Assembly: GCA_038882715.1 (NCBI GenBank) | Contig: JAVZNR010000004.1 | Location: forward strand, 46,809-110,808 | Direction: 5' to 3' | Source of the DNA: Candidatus Bathyarchaeia archaeon | GTDB taxonomy: Archaea > Thermoproteota > Bathyarchaeia > Bathyarchaeales > DTEX01 | Length of the DNA stretch: 64,000 bases | Part shown: positions 9,265 through 18,710 of the stretch, one piece after another | Position numbering within the stretch: position 1 is the first letter of the stretch | Layout of the letters: every line of letters begins with the position of its first letter | Program-made: the position numbers and the translations under genes | The notes under the pieces: model-generated | What the model saw: only the letters and a program-made list of their open reading frames with translations | What the model was told of the DNA's origin: nothing | Databases searched by the model: none

Positions 9265-10533
9265 CTACTCTCTTATGTGCCCGCGTCCAAGAATGAAGTA
9301 TTTAATCGTTGTTAGATGCTGTACGCTCATGGGTCCGCGGGCATGCAGTTTTTGGGTGCTTATGCCTATTTCAGCTCCAAGTCCATACTGGTTTCCATCC
9401 GTGAAGCGCGTTGAAGCGTTCCAGTAAACGGCCGCTGAATCCACATTCTTAATGAAGCGCAGCGCTTTGCTGAAGTCTGAAGTTATTATGGCGTCCGAAT
9501 GCTTAGTCCCATACTTGTTTATGTGCGCTATGGCTTCATCTATTCCGCTGACAACCTTTACGCCGATTATTAAATCTAAGTACTCTGTATACCAGTCCTC
9601 TTCAGTAGCTGGCTTAACATCAGGTACGATTTTCCTCGTCTCCTCGCATCCCCTAACCTCGACACCGTGAGCCCTTAAGGCGCTTACAATCTTTGGAAGA
9701 AATTCTAGCGCGATGTCCCTATGAACCAGTAACTTCTCAACCGCATTGCATGTTCCAGGCCTCTGACACTTAGCATTTATCACTATTTTTATAGCCATGT
9801 CCTGATCCGCGTCACTTTCAACATATATGTGACAGTTGCCCGTTCCAGTTTCAATGACTGGAACCTTAGCGTTCTCTATTACCGCTTTGATAAGTTCGGC
9901 TCCACCCCTTGGTATAAGGGCGTCAACGTAATCTCTCATCTTCATGAGCTCTAGGGCGGCTCTTCTATCCGTTATTGGGACAACCTGTATCGCGCCTTCA
10001 GGTATTCCTGATTTCATGGCAGCTTCGCTTAAAACCCCTCCAATGACAATGTTAGAGTTTATGGCGTCAGATCCACCCCTCAATATGACGGCGTTGCCGG
10101 ATTTTAAGCATATGCCAGCTGCGTCTGAAGTGACGTCTGGCCGCGACTCGTAGATCACAGCGATCACGCCTAGCGGGACCCTTATTTGACCGATTATTAG
10201 CCCATTTGGTCTAATCCATGTTTTAATTATTTCTCCAACCGGATCCGGGAGATCGGCAACCTCCCTTAGGCACTGCGCCATCTTCGAAATCCTCGATTTA
10301 TTTAAAATTAACCTGTCGAGCAACGATTCTTTAACACCTTTCGCCCTAGATGCCTCAACATCAATCCTGTTAGCTTCAAGAATCTCATCAGCATGCTCCT
10401 CTAAGGCATCAGCCATGTTGTTTAATGCATTATTCTTGGTCTCAGTTGATAGGTTGGCGAGAATATATGAGGCTTCCCTCGCCCTTCTACATATGTCCAG
10501 AATTAAACTCCTTATGCTTTCATCATCCATCAT
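9265..10533 (-). CDS. proA: gamma-glutamyl phosphate reductase
   Basis: 422 aa with VPLGVIAVIYESRPDVT, LKSGNAVILRGG, the ProA-type catalytic-Cys context TGTGNCHIYV, and STRFTDG. Confidence 0.9.
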   Translation of the reverse strand: MMDDESIRSLILDICRRAREASYILANLSTETKNNALNNMADALEEHADEILEANRIDVEASRAKGVKESLLDRLILNKSRISKMAQCLREVADLPDPVGEIIKTWIRPNGLIIGQIRVPLGVIAVIYESRPDVTSDAAGICLKSGNAVILRGGSDAINSNIVIGGVLSEAAMKSGIPEGAIQVVPITDRRAALELMKMRDYVDALIPRGGAELIKAVIENAKVPVIETGTGNCHIYVESDADQDMAIKIVINAKCQRPGTCNAVEKLLVHRDIALEFLPKIVSALRAHGVEVRGCEETRKIVPDVKPATEEDWYTEYLDLIIGVKVVSGIDEAIAHINKYGTKHSDAIITSDFSKALRFIKNVDSAAVYWNASTRFTDGNQYGLGAEIGISTQKLHARGPMSVQHLTTIKYFILGRGHIRE

Positions 10534-10537
10534 TTAA

Positions 10538-11677
10538 TTAATCCGCCTCACTAAACACGTACATAAGCTTCCTAACAATAATCTCTTTACGTCTAATGTA
10601 GCCTAAAACTCTTTTTATTTGTGATGTCTTTAAGCCTTTAATCAGGTTTATTTCGTCACTAGAGTAATTGGTTATGCCGCGCGCAAACTCTTTTTCATCT
10701 GGGCCAACTATGCTAACAACGTCTCCTATCTTGAATTGACCTGAAACATCCTCTATTCCGACAGCCAGTAAACTCGCGCCTCTAAGAATCGCTTGTTTAG
10801 CACCCTCATTAACTTTGATCTGCCCCTTTGCCCCCGCACCGTAGGCTATCCAACTCTTTATACCCGGCATTCTACCGCCTAGCGGCTTAAAATGCGTTCC
10901 CACATCTTTTCCATCCAATATATCTATTAATACATTTTTTCTGCGGCTATTCGCTACTACGAGCGGTATGCCACTCTGCATAGCTATTTCAGCAGCCTCA
11001 AGCTTTGTCTTCATACCACCTCTACCAAGGGCGCTTTTGCCTTCCGCAGCCATTTTTAATTCAGGCGTTATTCTCTCAACTAAAGGAATTACCCGCGCAT
11101 CTTTCTTCTTACTCGGATTGGCGTCGTAAAGACCATCAACGTCAGATAAAATCACAATTAGATCGGCTTGAACAGCGTTACCTATTAAAACGGACAATAT
11201 ATCGTTATCGCTAAAATTGACTTTGTAGCCCTTCATAACAGGCATTATTTCGTCTACTGAAGTAACATCGTTCTCGTTTATTATGGGCACAACCCCTAGG
11301 CTGAGCAGTCTATCGAGAACATTACATATGTGTATATATGAAACCCTATTCGCTAAATCTTCCTTTGTTAAGAGAACCTGTGCAACCCTCAAGTTATGGC
11401 GTTTAAATAATTGGCGATAATGCTCCATGAGAATTGCTTGGCCAACAGCAGCGCATGACTGCTTGAAAACTATATCGTTTGGTTTAGGCTTCACACCTAG
11501 CTCGGCGATCCCGGATGCAATAGCCCCAGAAGTTACAAGAATTATTTGAAATCCCCTTTTAACAGCCGTAGCTATTTGGTCAGCAAGTTCACGTAGGGCG
11601 TCAAGGTCTAAACTTCCGTCTTTTTTAGTGACGCTGCTTGTGCCAACCTTGACAACAATAAGTTTTTTCATATACAT
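10538..11677 (-). CDS. proB: glutamate 5-kinase with C-terminal PUA domain
   Basis: VVKVGTSS, LVTSGAIASG and FSDNDILS motifs, plus a PUA-like C-terminus (IKVNEGAKQAILRGASLLAVGI). It ends 4 nt upstream of proA. Confidence 0.9.
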   Translation of the reverse strand: MYMKKLIVVKVGTSSVTKKDGSLDLDALRELADQIATAVKRGFQIILVTSGAIASGIAELGVKPKPNDIVFKQSCAAVGQAILMEHYRQLFKRHNLRVAQVLLTKEDLANRVSYIHICNVLDRLLSLGVVPIINENDVTSVDEIMPVMKGYKVNFSDNDILSVLIGNAVQADLIVILSDVDGLYDANPSKKKDARVIPLVERITPELKMAAEGKSALGRGGMKTKLEAAEIAMQSGIPLVVANSRRKNVLIDILDGKDVGTHFKPLGGRMPGIKSWIAYGAGAKGQIKVNEGAKQAILRGASLLAVGIEDVSGQFKIGDVVSIVGPDEKEFARGITNYSSDEINLIKGLKTSQIKRVLGYIRRKEIIVRKLMYVFSEAD

Positions 11678-11746
11678 TCAACGCCCATTTGTATATTTAA
11701 CTAAACTTTTATTTTTTTCTGAAAATCGGTGAAAGATAAAAAACAA

Positions 11747-12169
11747 TTATTCTATTATCACAGGGATTTCATGAAAGTTTTTTCCATTAAACTCATAAGC
11801 TGCGATTCTATAGTCTGTGGAGGATACTATCAGCCATATGCTTTCGGGCCACAGCGTCATATATTTCAGATCTCTCACCGAGGGCTTTATATCTCCAGAA
11901 TGAGAGTGAAAGAAACCTATATGTTGAAGACCTTCCTCCTCTGAATCAAGAAACGCTTTCAGGAATTCTTCAGGATCTATTTGAAACATGATCTCTGATC
12001 TAAGAATATTTTTTAAGATAACTACTTTAACCACGCGGGCTTCATTCTCACGGATTAATCCAAATAGTGCACCGCATATCTCTATGGGGTGTTCTTCCCG
12101 CGCTCTATTCGCCAGTAATTTGACGTGCTTCTTGTTTAACCTGAGAATCATTCCGCTTCCTCTAAACAT
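11747..12169 (-). CDS. JAMM/MPN+ metalloprotease (SAMP/Urm1 deconjugase-like)
   Basis: E30 (PIEICG) and H88-S-H90-x6-S97-x2-D100 (HSHSGDIKPSVRD), a JAMM motif with a 6-residue spacer. It starts 10 nt downstream of the E1-like gene. Confidence 0.8.
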   Translation of the reverse strand: MFRGSGMILRLNKKHVKLLANRAREEHPIEICGALFGLIRENEARVVKVVILKNILRSEIMFQIDPEEFLKAFLDSEEEGLQHIGFFHSHSGDIKPSVRDLKYMTLWPESIWLIVSSTDYRIAAYEFNGKNFHEIPVIIE

Positions 12170-12179
12170 ATCTTCACAT

Positions 12180-13331
12180 TCATATTATTCTTTGAACTGA
12201 TATCCCCAATTCACCAACCATTAAATCTAAGAATGATTTGTAGGCTTCCTCACCATTTTTTGCCCCCTCAATTATGGTTACCCCACTCTTTAAAACACTC
12301 GTTATGCCCCCAAACTCATTAAAGAAGGTTATTCCGAGCTCAGCCTTCACCTTGACCTTAAGGCCGCGCTCGCTAACTATCGTCGCAAGCCTATCTAAGT
12401 CGAGGTTAAGATTATCCCTAGGAGTTATTCTGAAGACCCTTCGTCCCTGTCTAGGATGCCCTTCAGATATCAATTTTCTCTCTAGAGGCATTGGTGAACC
12501 CGATGGGTTTAAACCGCATACCGGGCAGCTATCAACTCTACGTATCTCTATTTCTTCAAAGGATAAATCCCCAATATCACAGTAAAGCAGTTTGCCGGCT
12601 AAACGGGGCTTTTTGCCAAGAATTATTCTGATAGCTTCGGAAACCTCTATGCCTGATATCACGCTTAACAAGGATGTGTGAACACCCACGGTAGCGCACA
12701 TAGGTAACGTCTCGTCTCTGATGTTACCTTGAAAGCACTCAAGACACGGGGTTTCGCCGGGTATGATCGTTGTGACGTTGCCAAAAGTCATTATGGCAGC
12801 CGCGAATACATAGGGTATGCCAAGCCTCTGGCAAGCCCTATTTATCGCGTATCGCGGGGCCATTCTGTCAAGTCCATCAACAACGACATCTACGCCCCTA
12901 ATATTTTCTTCCGCATTCTCAGCGCTAATCGATGCGGGTATTGGTTCAACTTCTACATTAGGGTTTAATTCCTTTAATCTCTTGGCGGCGATCTCAACCT
13001 TAGGATACCCGATATTTTTTGCGCCATAAAGCAGTTGCCTATGTAGATTTGAGAGCTCCACAACATCCTGATCAATTAGACGTATATGCCCAACGCCTAT
13101 TGCAGCTAATTGTAGGGCGGTTGGAGAACCTAGGCCGCCCAATCCGGCGACGCAGACGCTTGACCCTTTAAGCTTAAGCTGCCCTTCGTAGCCTATCTCT
13201 GATAAGGCAATCTGCCGTGAGTAGAGCTCAAGCTCTTCATCTGAAAGGGTCTCGCTTTCAGCCCTATAATTCATAACTTGTCCTCCCATAAAAATTGCAT
13301 TGGCGCGTTCATTTAGATTTATCTTAAGCAA
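12180..13331 (-). CDS. ThiF/MoeB/UbaA-type E1-like ubiquitin-like-protein activating enzyme with an extra ~108-aa C-terminal domain
   Basis: YSRQ, the nucleotide loop GLGGLGS, SNLHRQ, two CxxC pairs (C196/C199, C269/C272) and candidate catalytic C212 (PMCATVGV). Residues ~275-383 are Cys-free, so this is not a catalytic rhodanese. Confidence 0.85.
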   Translation of the reverse strand: MLKINLNERANAIFMGGQVMNYRAESETLSDEELELYSRQIALSEIGYEGQLKLKGSSVCVAGLGGLGSPTALQLAAIGVGHIRLIDQDVVELSNLHRQLLYGAKNIGYPKVEIAAKRLKELNPNVEVEPIPASISAENAEENIRGVDVVVDGLDRMAPRYAINRACQRLGIPYVFAAAIMTFGNVTTIIPGETPCLECFQGNIRDETLPMCATVGVHTSLLSVISGIEVSEAIRIILGKKPRLAGKLLYCDIGDLSFEEIEIRRVDSCPVCGLNPSGSPMPLERKLISEGHPRQGRRVFRITPRDNLNLDLDRLATIVSERGLKVKVKAELGITFFNEFGGITSVLKSGVTIIEGAKNGEEAYKSFLDLMVGELGISVQRII

Positions 13332-13389
13332 TAAATATTTAGCCTTAAATATGATAGGCTATAATCGGCGGGTCTCTGTGTGATAGAAA

Positions 13390-14970
13390 ATGGCTGATAT
13401 ATGTCTTATCTTCGAGGTTCATCAACCTTTAAGGTTAAATCGCAGCTTTAACATGGAACTTCTCTCCAGAGGGAACGTTAGCATAAGCGATCTTTACAAA
13501 ATATACTTTGATGAAAAAACCAACAAAGAAATTTTTCTAAGGATCTGCGAGAGATGCTATCTTCCAGCGAGTAAGATAATATTGGAGCAGATAAATAAAT
13601 TTAGAGGGGGGCGAAACGAATTTAAAGTCTCATTTAGCTTCTCCGGGGTTTTTCTTGAGCAATGTGAAATGTGGAGCCCTGGCCCTGGTCTTCTCGATAT
13701 ATTTAAGCGGATGGTTGAGACAGGGTGCGTTGAACTGCTTTGCCAAACATATTATCACTCTCTTTCTAGCCTAAACACTGTCGATCGCTCAGAGTTCCCA
13801 GAACAAGTTGAGATGCACCGTGAGACTATAAAGAAGTTGTTTAACTATACACCGGAGACTTTTGAGAATACCGAGTGCATATATAACAATGAGATCGCGG
13901 AAAAAGTCGAGAAGCTTGGGTTTAAGGCGATAGTGACTGAAGGCGCCGATAGGATACTCGGCTGGAGGGCGCCGAACTTCGTCTATAAGGCTAAGGGCTC
14001 CTCCATCAAAGTCTTATTACGTAACTATAGGCTTTCCGATGATATAGGTTTTCGCTTCGCCTCAACCAAGTGGGATCAATGGCCCCTTACGGCAGATAAA
14101 TATGCGTCTTGGCTGGCACATACGCCTGGTCAAGTCATAGTCCTATTTTTAGATTATGAAACCTTCGGCGAGCATTATTGGGCCGAGAGCGGTATACTTG
14201 AATTTTTAAGATGGCTGCCTACTGAGGTTTGCAGGTGGGGAAATCTGCGTTGGGTAACGCCCTCTGAAGCTATTGAAAAACATGCTCCATGTGACATGAT
14301 AGATGTTCCGCCGGAGAAGACGATTTCATGGGCTGATGCTGAACGTGACACCAGCGCTTGGCTAAGTAACCCGCAACAGCAGATATCATTCAGCCTGCTT
14401 AATGAAATCGGCTTATTAGTTAAAGGGTTGAATGATAGCGACTTACTAAGGATCTGGCGCTACTTACAGATAAGCGATCACTTCTATTACATGTACACTA
14501 AAGGCGGCGAATCCGGCATAGTCCATGACTCGTTTAACCCTTACGGAAACCCTATTGAGGCCTTCATAACATATATGGGCGTGCTACTCGACTTTGAAGC
14601 CAGATGCAAAGCTGAGGTCAGTAAACCGGAATTTAAACATGTGCAGTTATTGAGACGTGTACCAGCTGGCAGAGAATTTAGGTTCTTCTATATGTTTGCT
14701 TCTCCCACGGACATAATTGCTGGCAGCCTTCAAGAGTTTTATGATGCCCTTAAAAAAGTGAGCGCTGAATCAATAGATTTTCATATGAGGCGAGGAGATT
14801 TTGAAAAGTGGATCGCCAACGTGATAGGTGATGCGGAGTTAGCTGCAAAGATAGAGAAACTGCCAAGAATTTGGGAAGATAAGGAAGATCTTCGGCGCGC
14901 ATTAGTAACCCTCCTTGAAGAAAGAATAAAGGAGTTGAAAGGAAAACATGCGAAGACAGTTGCTAAGTAA
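13390..14970 (+). CDS. glycoside hydrolase family 57 protein (alpha-amylase / alpha-glucan-active type) with an extra C-terminal module
   Basis: GH57 regions are present: FEVHQP, GCVELL..TYYH, ENTECIYNNE (candidate nucleophile Glu) and FLDYETFGEHYW (candidate acid/base Asp). C-terminal residues ~424-516 are homologous to ORF 21338..21901. Confidence 0.8.
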   Translation: MADICLIFEVHQPLRLNRSFNMELLSRGNVSISDLYKIYFDEKTNKEIFLRICERCYLPASKIILEQINKFRGGRNEFKVSFSFSGVFLEQCEMWSPGPGLLDIFKRMVETGCVELLCQTYYHSLSSLNTVDRSEFPEQVEMHRETIKKLFNYTPETFENTECIYNNEIAEKVEKLGFKAIVTEGADRILGWRAPNFVYKAKGSSIKVLLRNYRLSDDIGFRFASTKWDQWPLTADKYASWLAHTPGQVIVLFLDYETFGEHYWAESGILEFLRWLPTEVCRWGNLRWVTPSEAIEKHAPCDMIDVPPEKTISWADAERDTSAWLSNPQQQISFSLLNEIGLLVKGLNDSDLLRIWRYLQISDHFYYMYTKGGESGIVHDSFNPYGNPIEAFITYMGVLLDFEARCKAEVSKPEFKHVQLLRRVPAGREFRFFYMFASPTDIIAGSLQEFYDALKKVSAESIDFHMRRGDFEKWIANVIGDAELAAKIEKLPRIWEDKEDLRRALVTLLEERIKELKGKHAKTVAK

Positions 14971-14973
14971 TTT

Positions 14974-15321
14974 CTATCCTCTTATTGCCTTTTCTTTCTC
15001 CTCAAGTCTCCTAATTTCAAGAAAAATTTCGTCTCTTAATGTTTTTTCGTCAAACCATCTTTTACATTCAACACAGTAATGTGCATCATTAGCGTGCAAA
15101 GCGGGATCATCAAGGAATTTATGACCGACAGGACATCTTAGCAGAAATAGATTCAGTTTATTATTAAGATCTTTAAGCTCGCTAGAAGAAATTTTTAAGA
15201 CTTCTGTTATTTCAAAAATAGGATATTTTTCGAGATAAAGGATCTTAACAATTTCCTCTCTAGACAAACCATTTAATTGCATCTCCCTTACACGGTCTCT
15301 GATGGGTTTTCTGCTCAACAC
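14974..15321 (-). CDS. hypothetical small protein, putative HTH plus Cys/His zinc-ribbon-like motif
   Basis: N-terminal helix-rich segment (GLSREEIVKILYLEKYPIFEITEVL), then CPVGH...CVEC. No family recognised. Confidence 0.35.
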   Translation of the reverse strand: MLSRKPIRDRVREMQLNGLSREEIVKILYLEKYPIFEITEVLKISSSELKDLNNKLNLFLLRCPVGHKFLDDPALHANDAHYCVECKRWFDEKTLRDEIFLEIRRLEEKEKAIRG

Positions 15322-15325
15322 CCTA

Positions 15326-15562
15326 TCACCTAGGGTAGCTTGCTAGAACAATTCTCGTATCTGTGCCTTGAACCCCGTTAATCCCCCTAATCCTAAATAT
15401 TATTTTACTTAAATCATCTATGTTGCGTGCCGAAACTTTCGCTATTATGTCGATATCCCCCGCAACTTCATGTGCTTCTTCAACGCCCTCAATCTTCATT
15501 ATCTGAGAAGCGACCTTAGAGACTTGATCAACCTCGACCTTAATAAATACGAAAGCTATCAA
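15326..15562 (-). CDS. stand-alone Lrp/AsnC ligand-binding (RAM) domain protein
   Basis: 78 aa with the beta-alpha-beta-beta-alpha-beta RAM pattern: AFVFIKVE...V...I..I.GVEEAHEVAGDIDIIAKV...D...II..IR.I.GV..T.T. Confidence 0.65.
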   Translation of the reverse strand: MIAFVFIKVEVDQVSKVASQIMKIEGVEEAHEVAGDIDIIAKVSARNIDDLSKIIFRIRGINGVQGTDTRIVLASYPR

Positions 15563-15680
15563 TCAGCAAATTCCCCCTCAAATATTTTAAAGAAAGAATA
15601 AGCCATAAGTTTTTCTGTGCGACTTGAAGAAAATGTTAAATCTTATAGAAACTTTCTTTCTGTAATTAGGAGAACTCAAA

Positions 15681-16928
15681 ATGGAGATAGCCTTCTTCGT
15701 ATACGAGTTTCCGCCCTACATCGTTGGCGGGCTTGGGACGTACGCTGAATACTTAACGAGAGAGCTTGTTAAAATGGGGCATGACGTGACTGTTTTCGCA
15801 ATGCATACTAGGGATGCTCCGACAAGAGACATATATGGCGGTGTTGAAGTACATCGCCCGATAGTTGAAAACATGAATATCAGCCTGCTGTTACCCATGT
15901 TTATACCTGAAGAAATACAGCGTTGGACGGAGAGCGGCAAAAAATTCTTTGGGGACATCTTCCTCTACAACATACTTTCAGCGAGCAAGCTAGTGAACGA
16001 TTTAGTCAGAATGGAGAGAAGAAAAGTTGATTTAATTGTTTCACATGACTGGTTGGGTTCAATAGGTGGAATATTAGCCAGCAGGGGACTAGGTAAACCA
16101 TTTGTTTTCCATGTACATAGCACAGAGCAAGGGCGAACTGGCGATGGTTCGGATACTATTAAGCGTTTAGAGCGCCTAGCAGCCGATTTTGCTGAGAGAA
16201 TTATAACCGTAAGCTATGCTATGAGAGATCATCTTGTGAGCTTAGGTTACGACGAGAAGAAGATTCGGGTAGTCTACAATGGAATAGACGCTGAAAAATA
16301 TGCGCCTGAAAACGTTTCTCCAGAAGAAAGGCTATCCCTGCGGAAGAGTCTAGGCATAGCTGAAGATGAATTCATGATACTTTTTATAGGTAGGCTAACC
16401 TGGGTTAAAGGCGCGGACACTTTAATACTCGCCATGCCGGAGATTTTGAGCAGAGTGCCTAAGGCAAAGCTAGTTATAGTTGGTGTTGGGGAGCAAGAGG
16501 AGCTGCTGAAGGAGGAAGTTGCTAGACTTAACTTATATGATAAAGTAATCCTGAAATACGAGTTTCTGCCCGAGGATATGAGGATAAAGTTTTATGCTGC
16601 GGCTGACGTATGCGTCTTTCCATCCAAATATGAGCCGTTCGGCATAGTATGCACTGAAGCTATGAGTATGGGTAAACCTGTAGTTGTCGGCGCTAGAGGT
16701 GTAAGCGGCTTAAGGGAGCAGGTTGTCCCCTCTGGTCCGAATCAATGCGGTTTCCACATTAACCCCTATGATCCAAGCGACATAGCTAAATTTGTGTCGA
16801 TTCTCTTAGAGAGCGACGAGTTAAGGAAGAAGTGCGGCATCAATGCTAGGAAAAGAGTTTTAGAGATGTTTACATGGAAAACTGTCGCGGAAAACACCAT
16901 CAGAATATACAAGGAGGTTGCTCAGTGA
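15681..16928 (+). CDS. GT4 (group 1) glycosyltransferase
   Basis: N-terminal YEFPPYIVGGLGTY, and the C-terminal GT-B retaining signature FPSKYEPFGIVCTEAM (E-x7-E). Confidence 0.85.
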   Translation: MEIAFFVYEFPPYIVGGLGTYAEYLTRELVKMGHDVTVFAMHTRDAPTRDIYGGVEVHRPIVENMNISLLLPMFIPEEIQRWTESGKKFFGDIFLYNILSASKLVNDLVRMERRKVDLIVSHDWLGSIGGILASRGLGKPFVFHVHSTEQGRTGDGSDTIKRLERLAADFAERIITVSYAMRDHLVSLGYDEKKIRVVYNGIDAEKYAPENVSPEERLSLRKSLGIAEDEFMILFIGRLTWVKGADTLILAMPEILSRVPKAKLVIVGVGEQEELLKEEVARLNLYDKVILKYEFLPEDMRIKFYAAADVCVFPSKYEPFGIVCTEAMSMGKPVVVGARGVSGLREQVVPSGPNQCGFHINPYDPSDIAKFVSILLESDELRKKCGINARKRVLEMFTWKTVAENTIRIYKEVAQ

Positions 16929-17267
16929 AGGGAAACGTATAATAGGTCGATGACGACTTTTCTTCTCCAAAGAGCTGGTTAACAGAATGGAGGGCTCATT
17001 CAATTTTTGGCATATTATCGAAGAGTTTAGGCAAGTCCACCAAATCTACCCTGAAACCTTTAAGCGGATAACGTCTAATCCGTACCATCATGTTAAAGAA
17101 GGATTCTCCTTTAAGTCGATCCCCATCTCTTATGTTGCTTGGGCATCATATAGATCAATTCCAAACAATGCTTTTATCCAAACTAAACTAAATCTCGCTG
17201 GGGCAGAAAAATTGATAATCATGAAGTCATCTAGATATCACTAGCTTAACATACTGGCTGATAAACC

Positions 17268-18434
17268 ATGAATATATGTATGCTCAGCTGGGAATATCCC
17301 CCTAGAATAGTTGGCGGAATATCTAGACACTGCCATGGTTTAGCAAGAGCTCTTACAAAAATGGGGCATTCAGTACACTTGATCACATTAGATTTTCCCG
17401 GAGCACCATATTACGAAGAGGAAGAGGGCGTGAAGATACATAGAACTGCCATAGAATTAGGGCATCCAAACTTTATTGTCTGGGTCTTCCTCTTTAACCA
17501 TTTTATGGAGAAAAAAGTTGCTGCGATAAGAAAACATGAAAAGTTTGAAATAGTCCACGCTCACGATTGGCTTGTGGCTCCCGCCAGCATATCATCAAAA
17601 CATTATTTGAACGTGCCGCTTATCTCAACCATACACAGCACTGAGGTCGGCAGGTCGCGTGGTCTTCACAACCCGGATTCCTACCTGATTGATGGAATAG
17701 AATGGTGGCTGACCTACGAGTCAAAGAGAATTATTGTCGTGAGCAACTCTATGAAGTATGAGGTTAAAGAGCATTTCCGCCTCCCGGATGAAAAAATTGA
17801 TGTTATTCCCAACGCTATTGACTCGTCAAAGTACAGTGTTACGGTTAACCGTGATGAGGTGAAAAGGCGTTTCGGTATAGATCCATCTGAGAGAATAGTT
17901 CTTTTTATTGGAAGGCTTGTTCCGCAGAAGGGTGTAGAATACTTAATTATGGCTGCACCAAAAATAATTGGCCAGCATCCTGAGGCCAGAATAGTTATAG
18001 TTGGAGATGGTTGGTCGAAGGAGTATCTGCTGAATTTAGCGTCTTCAACTGGATGCCAGCATAAAATAACATTCCTAGGATTCTTATCAGACCAGGAATT
18101 AATTGAGTTAACTCTAAGTTCAGACGTTCTTGTTGTTCCGTCTGTTTATGAGCCGTTCGGCATAGTCGCCCTAGAGGGAATGGCGGCCGGAGTGCCAGTT
18201 GTAGCGAGCAATACTGGTGGTCTGTCTGAGATAATTGAGCATGATAAAACTGGTTTCTTAGCCTTTAGGGAGAACCCGGATTCGATAGCTTGGGGGGTCA
18301 ACAAGATACTCTCTGATCCAGGTTATGCGTCGTGGCTTACGCAAAATGCTAAAAGGAAGATCAATGAAGTATATAGCTGGGATGCAGTGGCGAGGAGAAC
18401 TGTTGAAACATATGAGAAGGCTCTTAAGGAGTGA
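17268..18434 (+). CDS. GT4 (group 1) glycosyltransferase (paralogue of 15681..16928)
   Basis: WEYPPRIVGGISRH, VPSVYEPFGIVALEGMAAG and GGLSEII. Confidence 0.85.
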   Translation: MNICMLSWEYPPRIVGGISRHCHGLARALTKMGHSVHLITLDFPGAPYYEEEEGVKIHRTAIELGHPNFIVWVFLFNHFMEKKVAAIRKHEKFEIVHAHDWLVAPASISSKHYLNVPLISTIHSTEVGRSRGLHNPDSYLIDGIEWWLTYESKRIIVVSNSMKYEVKEHFRLPDEKIDVIPNAIDSSKYSVTVNRDEVKRRFGIDPSERIVLFIGRLVPQKGVEYLIMAAPKIIGQHPEARIVIVGDGWSKEYLLNLASSTGCQHKITFLGFLSDQELIELTLSSDVLVVPSVYEPFGIVALEGMAAGVPVVASNTGGLSEIIEHDKTGFLAFRENPDSIAWGVNKILSDPGYASWLTQNAKRKINEVYSWDAVARRTVETYEKALKE

Positions 18435-18440
18435 GCTCTA

Positions 18441-18698
18441 ATGTCAAGTAAATTCACATCAATTCCGGACGAGATCTACCTACTTTGCATATTGCATAAT
18501 ATCGGCGCAACAGAACCGAATAAAGCATTAACACTTGAGGAGATATCGTACTGGACAGCTATGGATCCCTCTAAAGCCGAACAAAATCTCAATAAGCTCA
18601 TAGAGAATAGGTACGTTGAGGTCATGGAGACTATGGGCGCCAAAAGATACTTTGTGTCAGTCGGCGGAATAAGAAAGGTTCTAAGCATGTATAGCTAG
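18441..18698 (+). CDS. small hypothetical protein, possible winged-helix
   Basis: 85-aa ORF starting 6 nt after the GT4 stop. The pattern LTLEEISYWTAMDPSKAEQNLNKLIENRYVE resembles an HTH recognition helix plus wing. Weak. Confidence 0.35.
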   Translation: MSSKFTSIPDEIYLLCILHNIGATEPNKALTLEEISYWTAMDPSKAEQNLNKLIENRYVEVMETMGAKRYFVSVGGIRKVLSMYS

Positions 18699-18710
18699 CC
18701 CAAAGGCTCC

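Noticed and set aside
16987-17244. 85-aa ORF in the 340-bp gap between the two GT4 genes, plus weak C-box-like strings (GATGACG, ATGATGC) nearby.
   Set aside because: I recognised no protein motif and no convincing ribosome-binding or TATA context. The C/D-box matches are imperfect and lack properly spaced D boxes. The gap is left unannotated, and RNA-seq would settle it.
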